Source: Eledone cirrhosa (lineage: Eukaryota). From it: 64,000 nucleotides of DNA. Location: assembly GCA_964016885.1 (NCBI GenBank), contig OZ024744.1, forward strand, positions 46,314,001 to 46,378,000. Reading direction: 5' to 3'. Every line of letters starts with the position of its first letter. Position 1 is the first letter of the stretch. Positions 13,901 through 27,100 of the stretch are shown in pieces. Under the pieces are notes generated by a model, which had not been told where the DNA came from, made no database searches, and saw only the letters and a list, made by a program, of their open reading frames with translations. The translations under genes and the position numbers were made by a program.

Positions 13901-14643
13901 TTTGTTTTTGTTTTTGAGGCTCCAACGTAATTTTGTAAATGATTTTTCTATTTCTGACAGACAACTAATCATACTTACCTTCTTGAATGTCGCAAATTTC
14001 GGCGGTAGTTGTAATACAGATAATTCATCAGGATCTATTGCCGTGTTGCCGTATATATTTGTGTTGTTGTTCTTGAACTCATCTGTTAATGAGGTGTGGG
14101 CCATATTTATACCGTCAATTTTGTCGGGATATCTATTGGTATTCTCTACAGTATCCTGATTTAGTTTTATCTGCTTAAGCCACTTTAGTTTCTTGTTAAA
14201 GTGCTTATCACATTCTTGAGCAATATACTGTTCTTCAGGACGTATAAGGCTTATAAATATTAGTTTTTCTCTTGGTGTGGTGATTCTAGTTATTTTTTGT
14301 ATTAGGTTACGCTTATGTTTTTCTTGATGACTTAATTCTCTATAGATCTTTTTATGTTTAGAATTAGTGTTCGTTTTAGCCTATCTGCTTGCTTTTTGGT
14401 GAGTTGTAATCTTCTTGCATCGGTGTTGATGGTGTTGGTGTAGACTCGGGACGAGGCACATTCTTTTATGAAGTGTAGTTGTCGAGATGTCATTGTTTTT
14501 CGTAGACAACAGAACATGGTGGTTTTCAGTATCTTGTTAGCCTAGCTAAGGCTTACGATATTTCGTTTCTGGATTTGTTTAGCAAGATTCTTTATCTGAA
14601 AACGGATGTTGAAACCGATATTTTTATACTTTGGGAGGGTCAT
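10972..14643 (-). pseudogene. PLE family B RT / GIY-YIG ORF, disrupted
   Basis: Starts MTLPKY inside the pLTR. LYGLRKDHK, SMDVVSLYPSI, QEEGAAIG, YSRYVDD, NVVYSI...YIGETAR. Asn-rich insert at about 13300-13920. Several stops and frameshifts. Confidence 0.88.
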
Positions 14644-15639
14644 GTTGCCAATAAGAAACACACGCACCAGTTGCTTTCACTTCAATTTATTATAATAAAT
14701 TTATAAATTTAGTAATTTATAAATTTCTGGTTGGTTGGTTCCACAACCAGATAGTTGTTTATATATTGTCAAAGTTCTTTCGTCACACATACTGTGACCT
14801 CTTCAGTGACTCGGGATTCTTTTCTTTGTTTTTGTGCTTCTCCTTTGTTCTGTCCTACGCCATTTTGTTTCTGTGTGTGTGTGTTGTGTGCTCAGTCTGC
14901 GCATGCGCCACATCCGGGTGTCTGTGTGTGTTTATATTCGTTTATTTATTTGTTTATTTACATGTTACCGGTTGGTTGTTTGTTCTATGTGCGTGTGTGT
15001 TTTCATTTTGTCCTTAATTGTAAGTTGTGATGTTGCTGTTCCACTCATATTTTCTATTTAATTTTGGTTGTAATTCTTTTATGTTTATTGCCTCTGTCAT
15101 TTGTCTAAATATTGCGTCTTTTCTGTGAATCTTGAATGTTTTTGTCTGTTGTTTCATGTAAACAAACATTTGTCTCATTCTGACGACACCAGTCCTGCTT
15201 TTCCACATGTGTGTTTATTTTAATAATCACGCATGATGTTAAACTAGCCTGCTTTTAAATTCCCTTTTTGGCATATTACCAGTGACACCTTGGTTACCAT
15301 CTTGAGCTCTGCTGATGAACGAAATGCAACCGTGACCATCCCCACTGAAAGTTTTCGTGAAATAGTCTTTTCAAGACTATACAGAGCATTTGAAGTTGTC
15401 CCAAATTGAAGATTGGGTACTTTAGACTTTGTTTTATCATGAGTTAAGTCTCTATTGATTTTTCCCTGGATTTCTCTAAATTCTGTTGGATAAATCTATA
15501 TCCTGATTCCTTTTGAATTGAGTCTGAATTATTTTTCCCATATCCTATGTTAACTATTTTCCCATTTTGACGCTATAGTCACATATATGTTATGGAATAC
15601 TGTTAGCTTCTCGCTACAACAATTTCTGTACTTTTCATT

Positions 15640-15731
<92 letters not shown>

Positions 15732-15769
15732 TATACATACATAAATATATATATATATATATATAAATA

Positions 15770-17082
15770 TATATATTTCAATGACGACAATGGCCACACT
15801 GTTCTGTGTGCGAGTGTCGTGACATCATCACACAGCTTGTTACATAATAAGGTTATCTTTCCGAGGCAATCCAAATTGAATCGACATGGGAACGGATGAA
15901 ATGCGTGATTTTGGGTTTTTCATCCGTTCCCCTGTGAGTACCAATTCACCCCCACCAGTCTGCGCAGGCGCATGTCCGAAGGAAGTTAACCATTAGCTAC
16001 CGCAGATTTGAACGAAATTCGCTTAGTCAGTTCACCCTCTCAGCCACACAATGGCCCACCTAGGCCTGTACCATAGTTTACTGCTACCCATCCCGACTGT
16101 GGCAGTCAGCCGAAAGCCAGAGGGGATGGGAGAGTGTTAGTTTTTACAGCTCATAATACTACCTCTCACCTAGCGTGGACAGTAGGACTGACCATCAACT
16201 CATAAGGGAAAATAAACTAAATTCTAGGTATCATGGTTTTACATTGGATTAAGAGTGAGAGCTGGAAATAAAAATTAAAATCCTAAATCAAATATCAGAA
16301 ATTATGAATTAAACAATTAAAAAATTAACAATTAGAAATTAAAAGTTAAACATTTTTTTCAAGTGAGAATTCGGATTGAGGTGAGGAAAAAAATATAGAT
16401 TGAAGTAAGTAAATAATATGGAGAGAGATGTTTAAGTAAGAAGTTCTGAGAGGGGTTCTAGTGTCACAGTTACTCTATCCACATATTGAACGACAGTGCC
16501 GTACATTAGAACGGAGGGTAAGCTACAGTATTCAAGGCATTAGTCAATCTGGTACACAGTCATAATTTCCATCACATGGAAATTGTGTACTTTATGTGTG
16601 TTTTTCTGTGTGTACTTTTGTGTACTTTTGTGTAATTTATGTCTGTTTTTCTTTGGTTTTGTTCCATGTGATGGAAATTATGACTGTGTACCAGATTGAC
16701 TAATGCCTTGAATACTGTAGATTACCCTCAAATTCCTTCGGACATGCGCCTGCGCAGACCGGTGGGGGTGAATTGGTACTCACAGGGGAACGGATGAAAA
16801 ACCCAAAAGCAAGCATTTCATCCGTTCCCATGTCGATCAATTTGGATTGCCTCGGAAACATAACCTTATTATGTAACGAGCTGTCTAATGATGTCACGAC
16901 ACTCGCACACAGAACAGTGTGGCCACTGTCGTCATTGAAATATATATCACAGCATTATTATTAAAGGACTTGAACATCTGAAATTACTTCGCTTTTCCTT
17001 ATTCGATATTTACTCCGTCACTCCTATGTAGAAAAAGTACGTTGAGTGCTTGAATTGAATTGCATCAATGTTTACCCTAATA
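15770..17082. mobile_element. ORF-less PLE-like fold-back element (family L)
   Basis: Inverted arms 15775-15984 / 16732-16945 and 16512-16580 / 16662-16730. Hammerhead motif, ~135-nt tail on the right arm only, (TA)n flanks. Confidence 0.75.
16880..16953 (+). ncRNA. Hammerhead ribozyme motif, family L
   Basis: gctgt-CTaATGA (the other arm reads gTGATGA; consensus CTGATGA)...GAAA-tatata-tc-acagc. Confidence 0.65.
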
Positions 17083-17137
17083 ATATATATAAATATATAT
17101 ATATAAATATATATATATAAATATATATATATACAAT

Positions 17138-17477
17138 GGGGGCACATGGCTTAGTGGTTAGAGCATTGGCCTTGCAATCGAAAGGTTGTGAGTTCAATTT
17201 TCAGACCGGGTGATGTGTTGTTTCCTTGAGCAAGACACTTTATTTCACATTGCTCCAGTTTACTCAGCTGTCGAAATGAGATGATAGGGACTGGGGTCCA
17301 TATAATTCCAGTGCAAAGTGGTCGTGGAGGTGCCACGGCATAAAAGCACCCATCACTCACTGTAAATGAGGTTGGTGTTAGGAAGGGCATCCAGCTGTAG
17401 AAATCAAGCCAGAATCAGTTCCTGTCCCACCCTTGCAAGCAGAGAAAAGAGGACGTAAAATGATGATGATGATGATG

Positions 17478-17480
<3 letters not shown>
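17138..17480 (+). mobile_element. tRNA-CORE SINE with RTE-derived tail
   Basis: A/B boxes, ccttgagcaagacact, and a tail cccacccttgcaagcag...(atg)n matching the RTE end at about 220-270. Confidence 0.85.
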
Positions 17481-17519
<39 letters not shown>

Positions 17520-17535
17520 AATATATATATATATA

Positions 17536-17725
17536 TGAAGACGTGTGGCTGAGGGGTTAGAGAATTGGATTCACAATCTTGGGTTTGTAAGTTCGATTCC
17601 TGGACCGGGCGATGCGTTATGTCCTTGAGCAAGACACTTTATTTCCCGTTGCTCCTTCTACCTGGAATTGCGACCGATAGAAATTGTTTTTTTGGTCCGA
17701 TTTGACGAAAGTCGATCGATAAAAA
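17536..17725 (+). mobile_element. tRNA-CORE SINE
   Basis: gtggctgaggggttagag...gttcgattcc...gtccttgagcaagacact; same family as 2446-2656. Confidence 0.85.
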
Positions 17726-17769
17726 AATATATATATATATATATATAAATATATATATATATATTTACA

Positions 17770-17885
<116 letters not shown>

Positions 17886-18120
17886 GTTTGAATATGTGTA
17901 ATAAACCCAAAACAATGCAGGTATGGACATAGAAAAAAGAATGCAATTGTAAAAGATATTGTTGACAATTCGTCCTTTACCTTAGGTTTATTTAAATGTC
18001 CTTAATTTTCGAGATAATATCTCTTCTTCAGATGGAAATAAAGGTCTCAAACCAGCGTTCTAAATATCTTGCCAAGCCATGCTGACAGGAATTAGTATAG
18101 AGTATCTGTTCTATCTCTAA

Positions 18121-19012
18121 TGTCCTTACATCATCCCGTGAGGAGGCAGATAAAATATACACAACATTCTCCAGCATGGACGCCAGTATAAAGTTCAGCA
18201 TGGAACACCCCGATGACCGCGGATCCCTATCCCTACTGGACTTCCAACTCAGGGTAACAGAGGAAGGCAACATCCACACCTGCTTCTATAAAAAAGCCGC
18301 CAGCAGGGACCTGTTCGTACATTTCAGATCGGCCCTCCCACTCGGTGCCAAGTTCGGATACATAAGGAACGAACTGGCACGTATCCGGAACAAATGCACC
18401 GACGCTAGAGACCGAGACACACACACCACACATTTCCTGGAAGTACTCAAACTGAACGGATACACGACATCCACCACAAACCGTGCCAGAAAGAACAGAG
18501 GACACCACACCCGAGGCACTAACACTTGCTTCCTGAAGCTCCCACACTTCAGTGAAGAAACAACAACAGCCATCCGCAGAGCCATCAGACGAGAGGGACT
18601 GGATATCCAACTGGCCCACTCGGGTCCTTCTCTGCGCGGACGGCTGGCCAAGAGACACTCCACCAGACATGACAACTGCTGCAGACTAGCCAACTGCCCC
18701 ATCAACGACACAGACCTATGCCACCAGGCTTACGTCGTATACAGACTAGAGTGTGACAAATGCAACAACTTCTACGTAGGTAGCACCACCAGACCACTCC
18801 ACATAAGAATAAAAGAACACCTCAATACTAACGCTTCCTCATTTAAGAAACACCTAGCTAAATGTAATAACACCGAAAAAACCATAACAGTTAGGATAGA
18901 AACTAAGGAAAGAAACCTCGGCAATCTTAGAATTAAGGAAGCATTAATTATAGATAAAACACAACCACCAATCAATAATAGACTAGAACTCAACACCCAA
19001 TTTATAAGCTGA
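18121..19012 (+). CDS. PLE RT thumb + GIY-YIG endonuclease (5'-truncated)
   Basis: IKFSMEHP..SLSLLDF, CRLANCPI, YVVYRLECDKCNNFYVGSTTRPLHIRIKEH, LRIKEALII...INNR. Confidence 0.85.
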
Positions 19013-19420
19013 TAGGGCTTCTAGCCCCATATTTACACACCCCACACACACACACGCACGCGCACACACACACGCCTACACCTCCACTTATTCTCTCTCA
19101 CACATACACACACATAACCAGTTCTAACACCAGATAACACCTATCCCCCACATTTACGAATAGACTTATCTTCTCACACTCACACACACACACTCACATA
19201 CTTACACCTTCATGCATTCTCCCACACAACAGGCATGTATATAAAATATTATTAAAAAAAACCCCCAAAAAACCCCTAAACAAACCCCCTTTAAAGGGAG
19301 ACTACTCTTTATCCACGTAATTTTAACTCTTTGACATTAGAGCTAGAACAGATACTCTATACTATTTTTGTCAGCATGGTTTGGCAAGATATTTAGAACG
19401 CTGGTTTGAGACCTTTATTT

Positions 19421-19458
19421 CCCTCTGAAGAAGAGATATTATCTCGAAAATTAAGGAC
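19421..19458 (+). ncRNA. Hammerhead ribozyme, family A
   Basis: cct-CTGAAGA-a-gagat/atctc-GAAA-atta-agg; inverted copy at about 17998-18035. Confidence 0.7.
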
Positions 19459-19702
19459 ATTTAAATAAATCTAATGTAAAGGACGAATTGTCAACAATAT
19501 CTTTTACAATTGCATTCTTTTTTCTATGTCCATACCTGCATTGTTTTGGCTTTAATACACATATTCAAACGTTTATACCTCATTACACAATGCTTCAAGT
19601 GAACTATAACCTCAATATATATATATTTATATATATATATATATATATATAAATATATATATATAAATACATATATATATATTTATATATATTTATATAT
19701 AT

Positions 19703-22200
19703 TCATGGAGCAAGCAATACTCCTCCCAACAAGAGGCGAAAATGTCCTGGACCTCTGTTTTACAAACAACGAAGTGCTCATCCACAATGTAAAGGTGACA
19801 CCAACAATTCTCTCGGATCATAACTTAGTAGAGCTAATGTTATGTGGTCCAAGAGAACCAACAGAGACAAAACCACCAAGAAGCTCCGGGACGCTATCCA
19901 GCCTTAACTTCTACAAGGCTAACTGGAAAAAGATTAAGAGTGAAATCCGGAAGGAAACATGGAGTGAAAACACCGCCAAACAAGACACTAACACACAATT
20001 TCAACACTTCATGACAACGATACACACTATATGCAAAAAGTTTGTCCCAGAGAAAGAGGCAAACAGACACAAAAATCTTATTCCCAGAGATAGGAAAATC
20101 CTTATGAGACGTAGAACTAAACTCTCAAACCAGTTGAATACTCAACAAAACAAAAACAAGAAGGAATCCTATTTGAAACGTGCACTACTTGACACGCAGA
20201 TTGCACTCAAACTTTCACATGAGAATGAGAGGGCAAAGAAAGAGAACAGGGCCATAGAAAACATTAAAACAAACCCTAAGGCCTTCTTTAAATTTGCAAA
20301 AGTAACTGCCTCAGTACACTGCATGATTGGGCCACTCTTCCACACGGACGGTTCATTAACCGAAAACCCCCAAGAGATATGTGAAATACTGAACGAACAG
20401 TACAAAAGTGTGTTCACATGTCCACTGAGGCACATGCAAATAACGAAGCCAGAGGAGTTATTTGATGCCACAACACTACATCAAGAAATGGCAACCCTCA
20501 ACGACATAGACATAACGGAGGAGGATGTGGTGTACGCCATTGATGAAATTAGAACAGACTCGGCTGCTGGACCTGATGGATTCGCAGCAGTTATCTTAAA
20601 AATATGTAAGCGGGCCTTAGCAACTCCACTGAAGATGCTCTTCAGAAGTTCCTTGGCTAGCGGTGTACTACCCAGGGAGCTGAAAGAAGGCACAATATGC
20701 CCTATCCATAAAGGAGGTAGTAGAGCGGAGGCCAAGACTATAGGCCAGTCTCACTGACGTCGGATATCAGTAAGGTCATGGAGCGAGTCGTCAGAAAGAA
20801 ACTAATCACTTTCCTCGAAGAAAATTACCGCCTGACTAGCACGCAACGTGGCTTCCGCCCAGGAAGAAGCTGCTTTACACAGCTGCTACATCACTACGAC
20901 TGGGTACTGAGACAACTACTAGACAGCTCGCATGTGGACGTGATATATCTTGACTTTGCGAAGGCCTTTGACAAGGTCGACCACGGAATGATATGTCACA
21001 AACTACACGGACTCGGCATAACTGGAAAAGTAGGTGAGTGACTGCATGGCTTCCTAAGGGACAGAAGCCAGGCATTCGCAGCAAATGGGCCCTCTCGAGG
21101 GAAACACCGATAACAAGTGGGGTGCCCCAGGGGACAGTCCTGGGACCACTACTGTTTTTGGTGGCTCTCTCGGACATGCCCTCTGTGGTGCATGCAACAA
21201 CATCCCTCACTAGCTATGCTGATGATACTAAGGTAGCACAGGCAATCAAAAATCCGACTGACGCTGCCCTTTTACAGCAGGATCTGGATGCCATATACAG
21301 ATGGGCGGAAGAAAACAACATGCGGTTTAATGCTGGCAAATTCCAAGCCCTACAATACAAACCTCCAAACACAAATATAGTGGAACACAGCTACACAGGA
21401 CCAGGAGGGACCGATATCCCCGTGTCAAAATCGATACGAGACCTGGGCATAGACATGAGCGATGATGCATCTTTTTCTTCACACATCATGAAAGTGGCGA
21501 CAATGTGCAGACGACTCGCTGGCTGGATCTTGAGGACTTTCCGGACAAGAGATCGAGACACCATGTTGACACTGTGGAGGACTTTTGTCCTAAGCCGCCT
21601 GGACTACTGCTCCCAGTTGTGGTCACCCCATAGTTTCAAACTAACCACGGAGCTTGAGGCAATCCAGCGAAGCTACACCAAGAGGATTGCCAAGATGAGG
21701 GAGACAAGCTACTGGGAGAGGCTAAAGGAACTGAACCTCTACTCCTTGGAGCGAAGACGGGAGAGATACGCAGTGATCTACATGTGGAAAATCCTGGAGG
21801 GACTAGCACCAAACTTTGGCATTGGGAGCTGGACCAACCGTCGAACAGGACGTCACTGTGTGGTGCCAAAGGTCCCGTCTTTCACATCTAGAATAAGGAG
21901 CAGGTATTGCAATAGCCTGGGATTCAAGGGCCCTCAACTCTTCAACAGGCTGCCGAGGCATCTGAGAGACTTGCATGACGTGGAGGTGGATGTCTTTAAG
22001 AAACATCTCGACACCTTGTTATCCAGGATCCCGGATGAGCCCACAGCAAGACACGAGGGAAACCTAAGGGCAGCAGCATCAAACTCCCTCTTACACCAGT
22101 GGCCAACCTATACAGGCTGGAGATAAAATGTGTAGCAAGAAGGGCGGTGCCCCAGCATGGCCTCAGCCGGATGGCTGAAACAGGTAAAAGAGTAAAAGAG
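19703..22200 (+). mobile_element. CR1/L2-group LINE, 5'-truncated, frameshifted
   Basis: End of APE (PTRGENVLDL, SDHNLV), DFAKAFDKVDH, GVPQGTVLGP, YADDTK, LERRRERY; (GTAAAAGA)n tail. Confidence 0.9.
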
Positions 22201-22232
22201 ATATATATAAATATATATATATATTTTTATAT

Positions 22233-22296
<64 letters not shown>

Positions 22297-22299
22297 ATA

Positions 22300-22350
<51 letters not shown>

Positions 22351-22358
22351 CTATATAA

Positions 22359-22566
<208 letters not shown>

Positions 22567-22599
22567 TTTTTATATATATATATATATATAAATATATAA

Positions 22600-22875
22600 A
22601 CAAGTTAATATATATTAATATATGATAAACACATACGTGTTTGTATTGTAAGAGACAAAGTTAGCTAGAATGAAATAAACTAATTAAAATGTCGAGACAG
22701 ACAAATTGTATTCATTTTAATTAGTTTATTTCATTCAAGCTAACTTTGTCTCTTACAATACAAACACGTATGTGTTTATCATATATTAATATATATTAAC
22801 TTGTATTTCACTGCTCGGAAATGCTTCTTTCTTTGAGCTGATTAATTGTAAATGACTTTGAGTTTAAACTCTAAA
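22600..22875. mobile_element. pLTR-like fold-back (family F)
   Basis: ~90-bp inverted arms 22601-22690 / 22713-22803, plus a ~70-nt extension on the right only, within (TA)n. Confidence 0.65.
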
Positions 22876-22884
22876 TATAATATA

Positions 22885-22915
<31 letters not shown>

Positions 22916-22965
22916 AATATATATATATATTTATATATATATATATACATATTTATATATATATA

Positions 22966-23051
<86 letters not shown>

Positions 23052-23092
23052 CATATATATACATATTTATATATATATATATATATTTATAT

Positions 23093-24167
23093 ATGTAGGA
23101 GGTGATTTTTATTGTAGTACAATAAAGCAATGCAGATATCGGATAAGAAGCACTCTACAGTTTGTAGGACTGGAGTATACATAATATATAAGAACAAAAG
23201 ATGGTTAAAAGAGTTCCATGTATTTTATTATGCGCATTTCAAAAACAAATATCATCATGCAATGATATTTGTGTTTTCATCAGATAAAACAGGAAGACAT
23301 GATATGAAGGTTAAAAAACACTTGTGGATAGTGCAGTTTTAAATCAACATATGAGAAGTAGTTTTAGATTGATGTGTGATATTGGGAAAAATATTTTATT
23401 TTGAGGGGGGTTGGTTGGAAAGGATGAAACAGAGGAGGAGATGAGAGTAAAAAATGGAGGGGGAGGAGTATAATGAGGAAGGGTGAGATAGGAGGAGAGA
23501 TGGGTGATAGAGAGAGAGAGATAGTTTTTATAACTGAGAAAGATATATTGTTTTACATAGAGAGGTTGAAAACCGTTGGAAGATAATGTATAAATTAAAA
23601 GAATTTGAAAATTAACGAAGAGAAAAATAGTGTAAAGTTAAGGTTTGTATATTGAGGGTTTTAATAATATGTGCGATGAAAAGAAAATGTTAATATGTAT
23701 TAAGAATAATATTTAAGGGTTTAATAACATGTGCGATGGAAAGAAAAGTTAATATGTATTAAGAATGATATTTAAGGGTTTAATAATATGTGCGATGGAA
23801 AGAAAATGTTGATATGTATTATTAACAAGAACAACAGGTAATTTAAGTAAGGATATATTGTGAGATGAGCATGAATGAGTTAGATGAAAGGGAGAAAAGA
23901 ATAATGAATTGAGGATGAATAATCTAACGTCAAAAAAATGTTTATGTTTATGAAGGATTTTTACAAGGTGATATAGAGTAAGAATGTATTGTATTATGTA
24001 ATAATTGATTCTATGTTAGGCAACAGTGAGAAAAGGTACAGATTAGGGGTTAGACATTAAAAGAAAAATAGGAGCGATATAGAATGAGTAACAAGTATTA
24101 TAGAATGAGTAACAAGTATTATATAATGTATAATAAAACCTTTGAAATAAGGTTTTATTATACATTA
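23093..24167 (-). mobile_element. PLE-like 3' region (family G) with hammerhead
   Basis: Hammerhead at 23223-23289, short hairpin at the 5' junction (24122-24167), homologue at 35433-35900. Confidence 0.7.
23223..23289 (-). ncRNA. Hammerhead ribozyme, family G
   Basis: ttttat-CTGATGA-long stem II-GAAA-TGCGCA-ta-ataaaa. Copies near 35565 (-) and at 35796-35862 (+). Confidence 0.8.
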
Positions 24168-27100
24168 GGCACTTAAGCAGGTAAACAAGAGTGTTAGGTT
24201 GGTTGATCTGATGACAAATTCTTTATATGATTGTTATAGTCTGTGTGTGGAGAAATAATATAAGCATTAAAAATAGTGTAAGCATTAAAAATATTAAAAA
24301 TATTGGAAATGCGCAACGAAGCGATGATATGTACTTCATGCACTTCGACATTTTCATAGTCTGGGGAGCGTATTTTTCAGATTATATGCCCCTCACATAA
24401 TCCACGACGATTCGATATTGAGCGTTTGACAATCCAGTTAGAGAATCGTAGTCTGATGTTCTTTAGTTCAATACAGGAAGATGTTACGTTTCGAGAATCG
24501 ACATCGAAATACTACCCGGAAGTGTGTGTGTGGCTAAGGAGAGTTAATCCATGAGGGGAGGTAACTCCGAGGTCTCTATTACTAACTATTAAAATGTGTC
24601 TCAAAATAGACCCTAACTTATATGATTATAAGCAATTTCTAAAAAATTTCTAAAATTTAAAGTGTTTTAACTATAGAGTAGTCTATTAAGTTGTGCTGAA
24701 GGTGTTCGTATTATTATGGTGTTTAACCCCCATCGTAGAGTGCCACAAATGAATATTATAGACGACGAGCGAGGATTCTAAATTAACGATCTCTGTGGTT
24801 GCAGTCTACTCAAAGGACCAGGCGCGGTTATTGCAGAATCACTTCAACACACTGGTAAGTTCTGGGTCATCGCTTGCTACATTGGATGTCGAAAGATAAT
24901 CATCACCAGGGCCGACCAGAGGTCAATCCACAGTCCCCATGACTCCAATCTGACCATCAAATCATCCATATATGTACAACCCATACGCCACTTGCAATAC
25001 ATTCATTCCCTGCACTCAGCGACATCCCTCTAGAACCCTTCACAGGGGGAATACCCATTTGTACCTCTATTTTAGGTGTGACAACATCCACCCGCTTGAA
25101 CTGCACTACACCGCTCTATAGGTAATTTAAGCATGAATTGATTGTCTTGTTAGTGCTGTGCGCAGGAAGTGCCATCGTTGGACAAATGAAAAACGAATTA
25201 ATCTAGTAACGCTGATGAGCAGTATGACCGGTACGCTGAGTGCAGGGAATGAATGTATTGCAAATGGTGTATGGGTTGTACATATATGGATGATTTGATG
25301 GTCAGATTGGAGTCATGAGGACTGTGGATTGACCTCTGGTCGGCCCTGGTGATGATTATCTTTCGACATCCAATGTAGCAAGCGATAACCCAGAACTTAC
25401 CAGAGATCATTGTGTGTTGAAGTGATTCTGTAATCACCACGCCTGGTACTTTGAGTAGACTGCAACCACAGAGATCGTTAATTTAGAATCCTCGCTCGTC
25501 GTCTATAATATTCATTTGTGGCACTCTACTATGGGGGTTAATCACCATAATAATACGAACACCTTCAGCACAACTTAATAGACTACTCTATAGTTAAAAC
25601 ACTTTAAATTTTAGAAATTTTTTAGAAATGGCGCATAACCATATAAGTTAGGGTCTATTTTGTGACACATTTTAATAGTTAGTAATAGAAACCTCGGAGT
25701 TACCTCCCCTCATGCATTAACTCCCCTTAGCCACACACACACTTCCGGGTAGTATTTCGATGTCGATTCTCGAAACGTAACATCCTCCTGTATTGAACTA
25801 AAGAACATCAGACTACGATTCTCTAACTGGATTGTCAAACGCTCAATATCGAATCGTCGTGGATTATGTGAGGGGCATATAATCTGAAAAATACGCTCCC
25901 CAGACTATGAAAATGTCGAAGTGCATGAAGTCCATATCATCGCTTCGTTGCGCATTTCCAATATTTTTAATATTTTTAATGCTTACACTATTTTTAATGC
26001 TTATATTATTTCTCCACACACAGACTATAACAATCATATAAAGAATTTGTCATCAGATCAACCAACCTAACACTCTTGTTTACCTGCTTAAGTGCCTCTA
26101 CTACACGCAACTCTCTGCCACACTATATAAACAAGACTCACGTGCTTGCCACACATATAACCTTTGCACTATATAACCGCTTATTTTCATGTTGTATCTT
26201 TTAATATGAATGTAATCTCTAAGTGTGTACTGCCACTCTAAATGCTGTAATGAATGTTGACCCACAATATTTGCATATGTATTTGTATGTCTCTTGGGTG
26301 AAAAGGAGGTCATATAAGTGTTCATTCAATAATAAATTGGTCCGAATAAACCAAACCTCGGTTTGGAGGAAACAGTTGTAAGCATAAAAATGTTTTGAAC
26401 AGTTCTTTGATTCTTGTAATTCATATAACTGCCCTGTAAATCATTTGATGTTTTTACATTGAACTACTTAACTTACTGGTAATAAGGTAGTAACATATTA
26501 CTGACTACCACTATTTAGGGTTTGTATAAAAATATATATGACTGCAAAACGTTTTTGTATTTACATAACCATAAATAGTATAATTAATACTATTAACTGC
26601 TCCATATTGTTGAGCTGACATACAATAAATGAACCAATATGCTAATCAAAGACCAACTCCCCATGTCAACCAAGAACATACCAATACCATCCAGGAATAC
26701 ATATGAGAAATTGCTGATCAACAGTGTAAATTCATTTATCAATAGAGTGAGATGGAGGACATTCCATTATGATAGAAACAGATCTAACAATGTTAATAAT
26801 ACTAACAAATTTGACTCCTTCGGCTTTAAAACCTTTAAAAGCCCCCCTCATAACACACTACTTAACTCCTTTGAAAATGACCTAGTTAAACTAGTTAAGA
26901 ACATTAAATACAATGAGCACCATAATAGAAGCAACACCTTCTTAAACAAACTTAACACCTCTATTAATGGATTCAAAACTAGTAATAAAATTATTGTGCA
27001 CGCAGATAAAACTAATAACATATACAGCCTAGATTATAATACTTATAGAAAGTTTATATATAATGAACTACATAAAAGCTACAAGTAGACCACTTTGAAA

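Larger units (their letters stand above)
10513..15130 (-). mobile_element. Penelope-like element family B, full-length, flanked by direct pLTRs
   Basis: pLTRs at about 10513-11085 and 14560-15130, each with a hammerhead motif, around an RT + GIY-YIG ORF. (TA)n at the 3' end. Confidence 0.92.

Noticed and set aside
14535-14560. GTAAG...CTAAC..AG mini-intron at the family B ORF start
   Set aside because: Only about 24 nt, and the frame continues across it; a point nonsense mutation is simpler.
10972-14643. Selenoprotein (Naiad-like) recoding in PLE ORFs
   Set aside because: The endonucleases are C-terminal, and the interruptions I checked are TAG/TAA or frameshifts rather than conserved UGA at Cys positions.
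15985-16510. Intron explaining the arm asymmetry in family L
   Set aside because: Boundaries do not give a clean GT-AG on either strand.
17138-17215. tRNA genes (also near 2590 and 17540)
   Set aside because: SINE heads followed by CORE-like bodies; no intact cloverleaf.
24735-24755. agagtgccacaaa resembling an RNase P RNA motif
   Set aside because: No other RNase P conserved regions nearby.
25198-25440. Recurrent ORF ISGKFWVIACYIGCRKII (also at 50395 and 54575)
   Set aside because: Antisense to the family C UTR. It recurs only because the copies are young, and its starts and stops differ.
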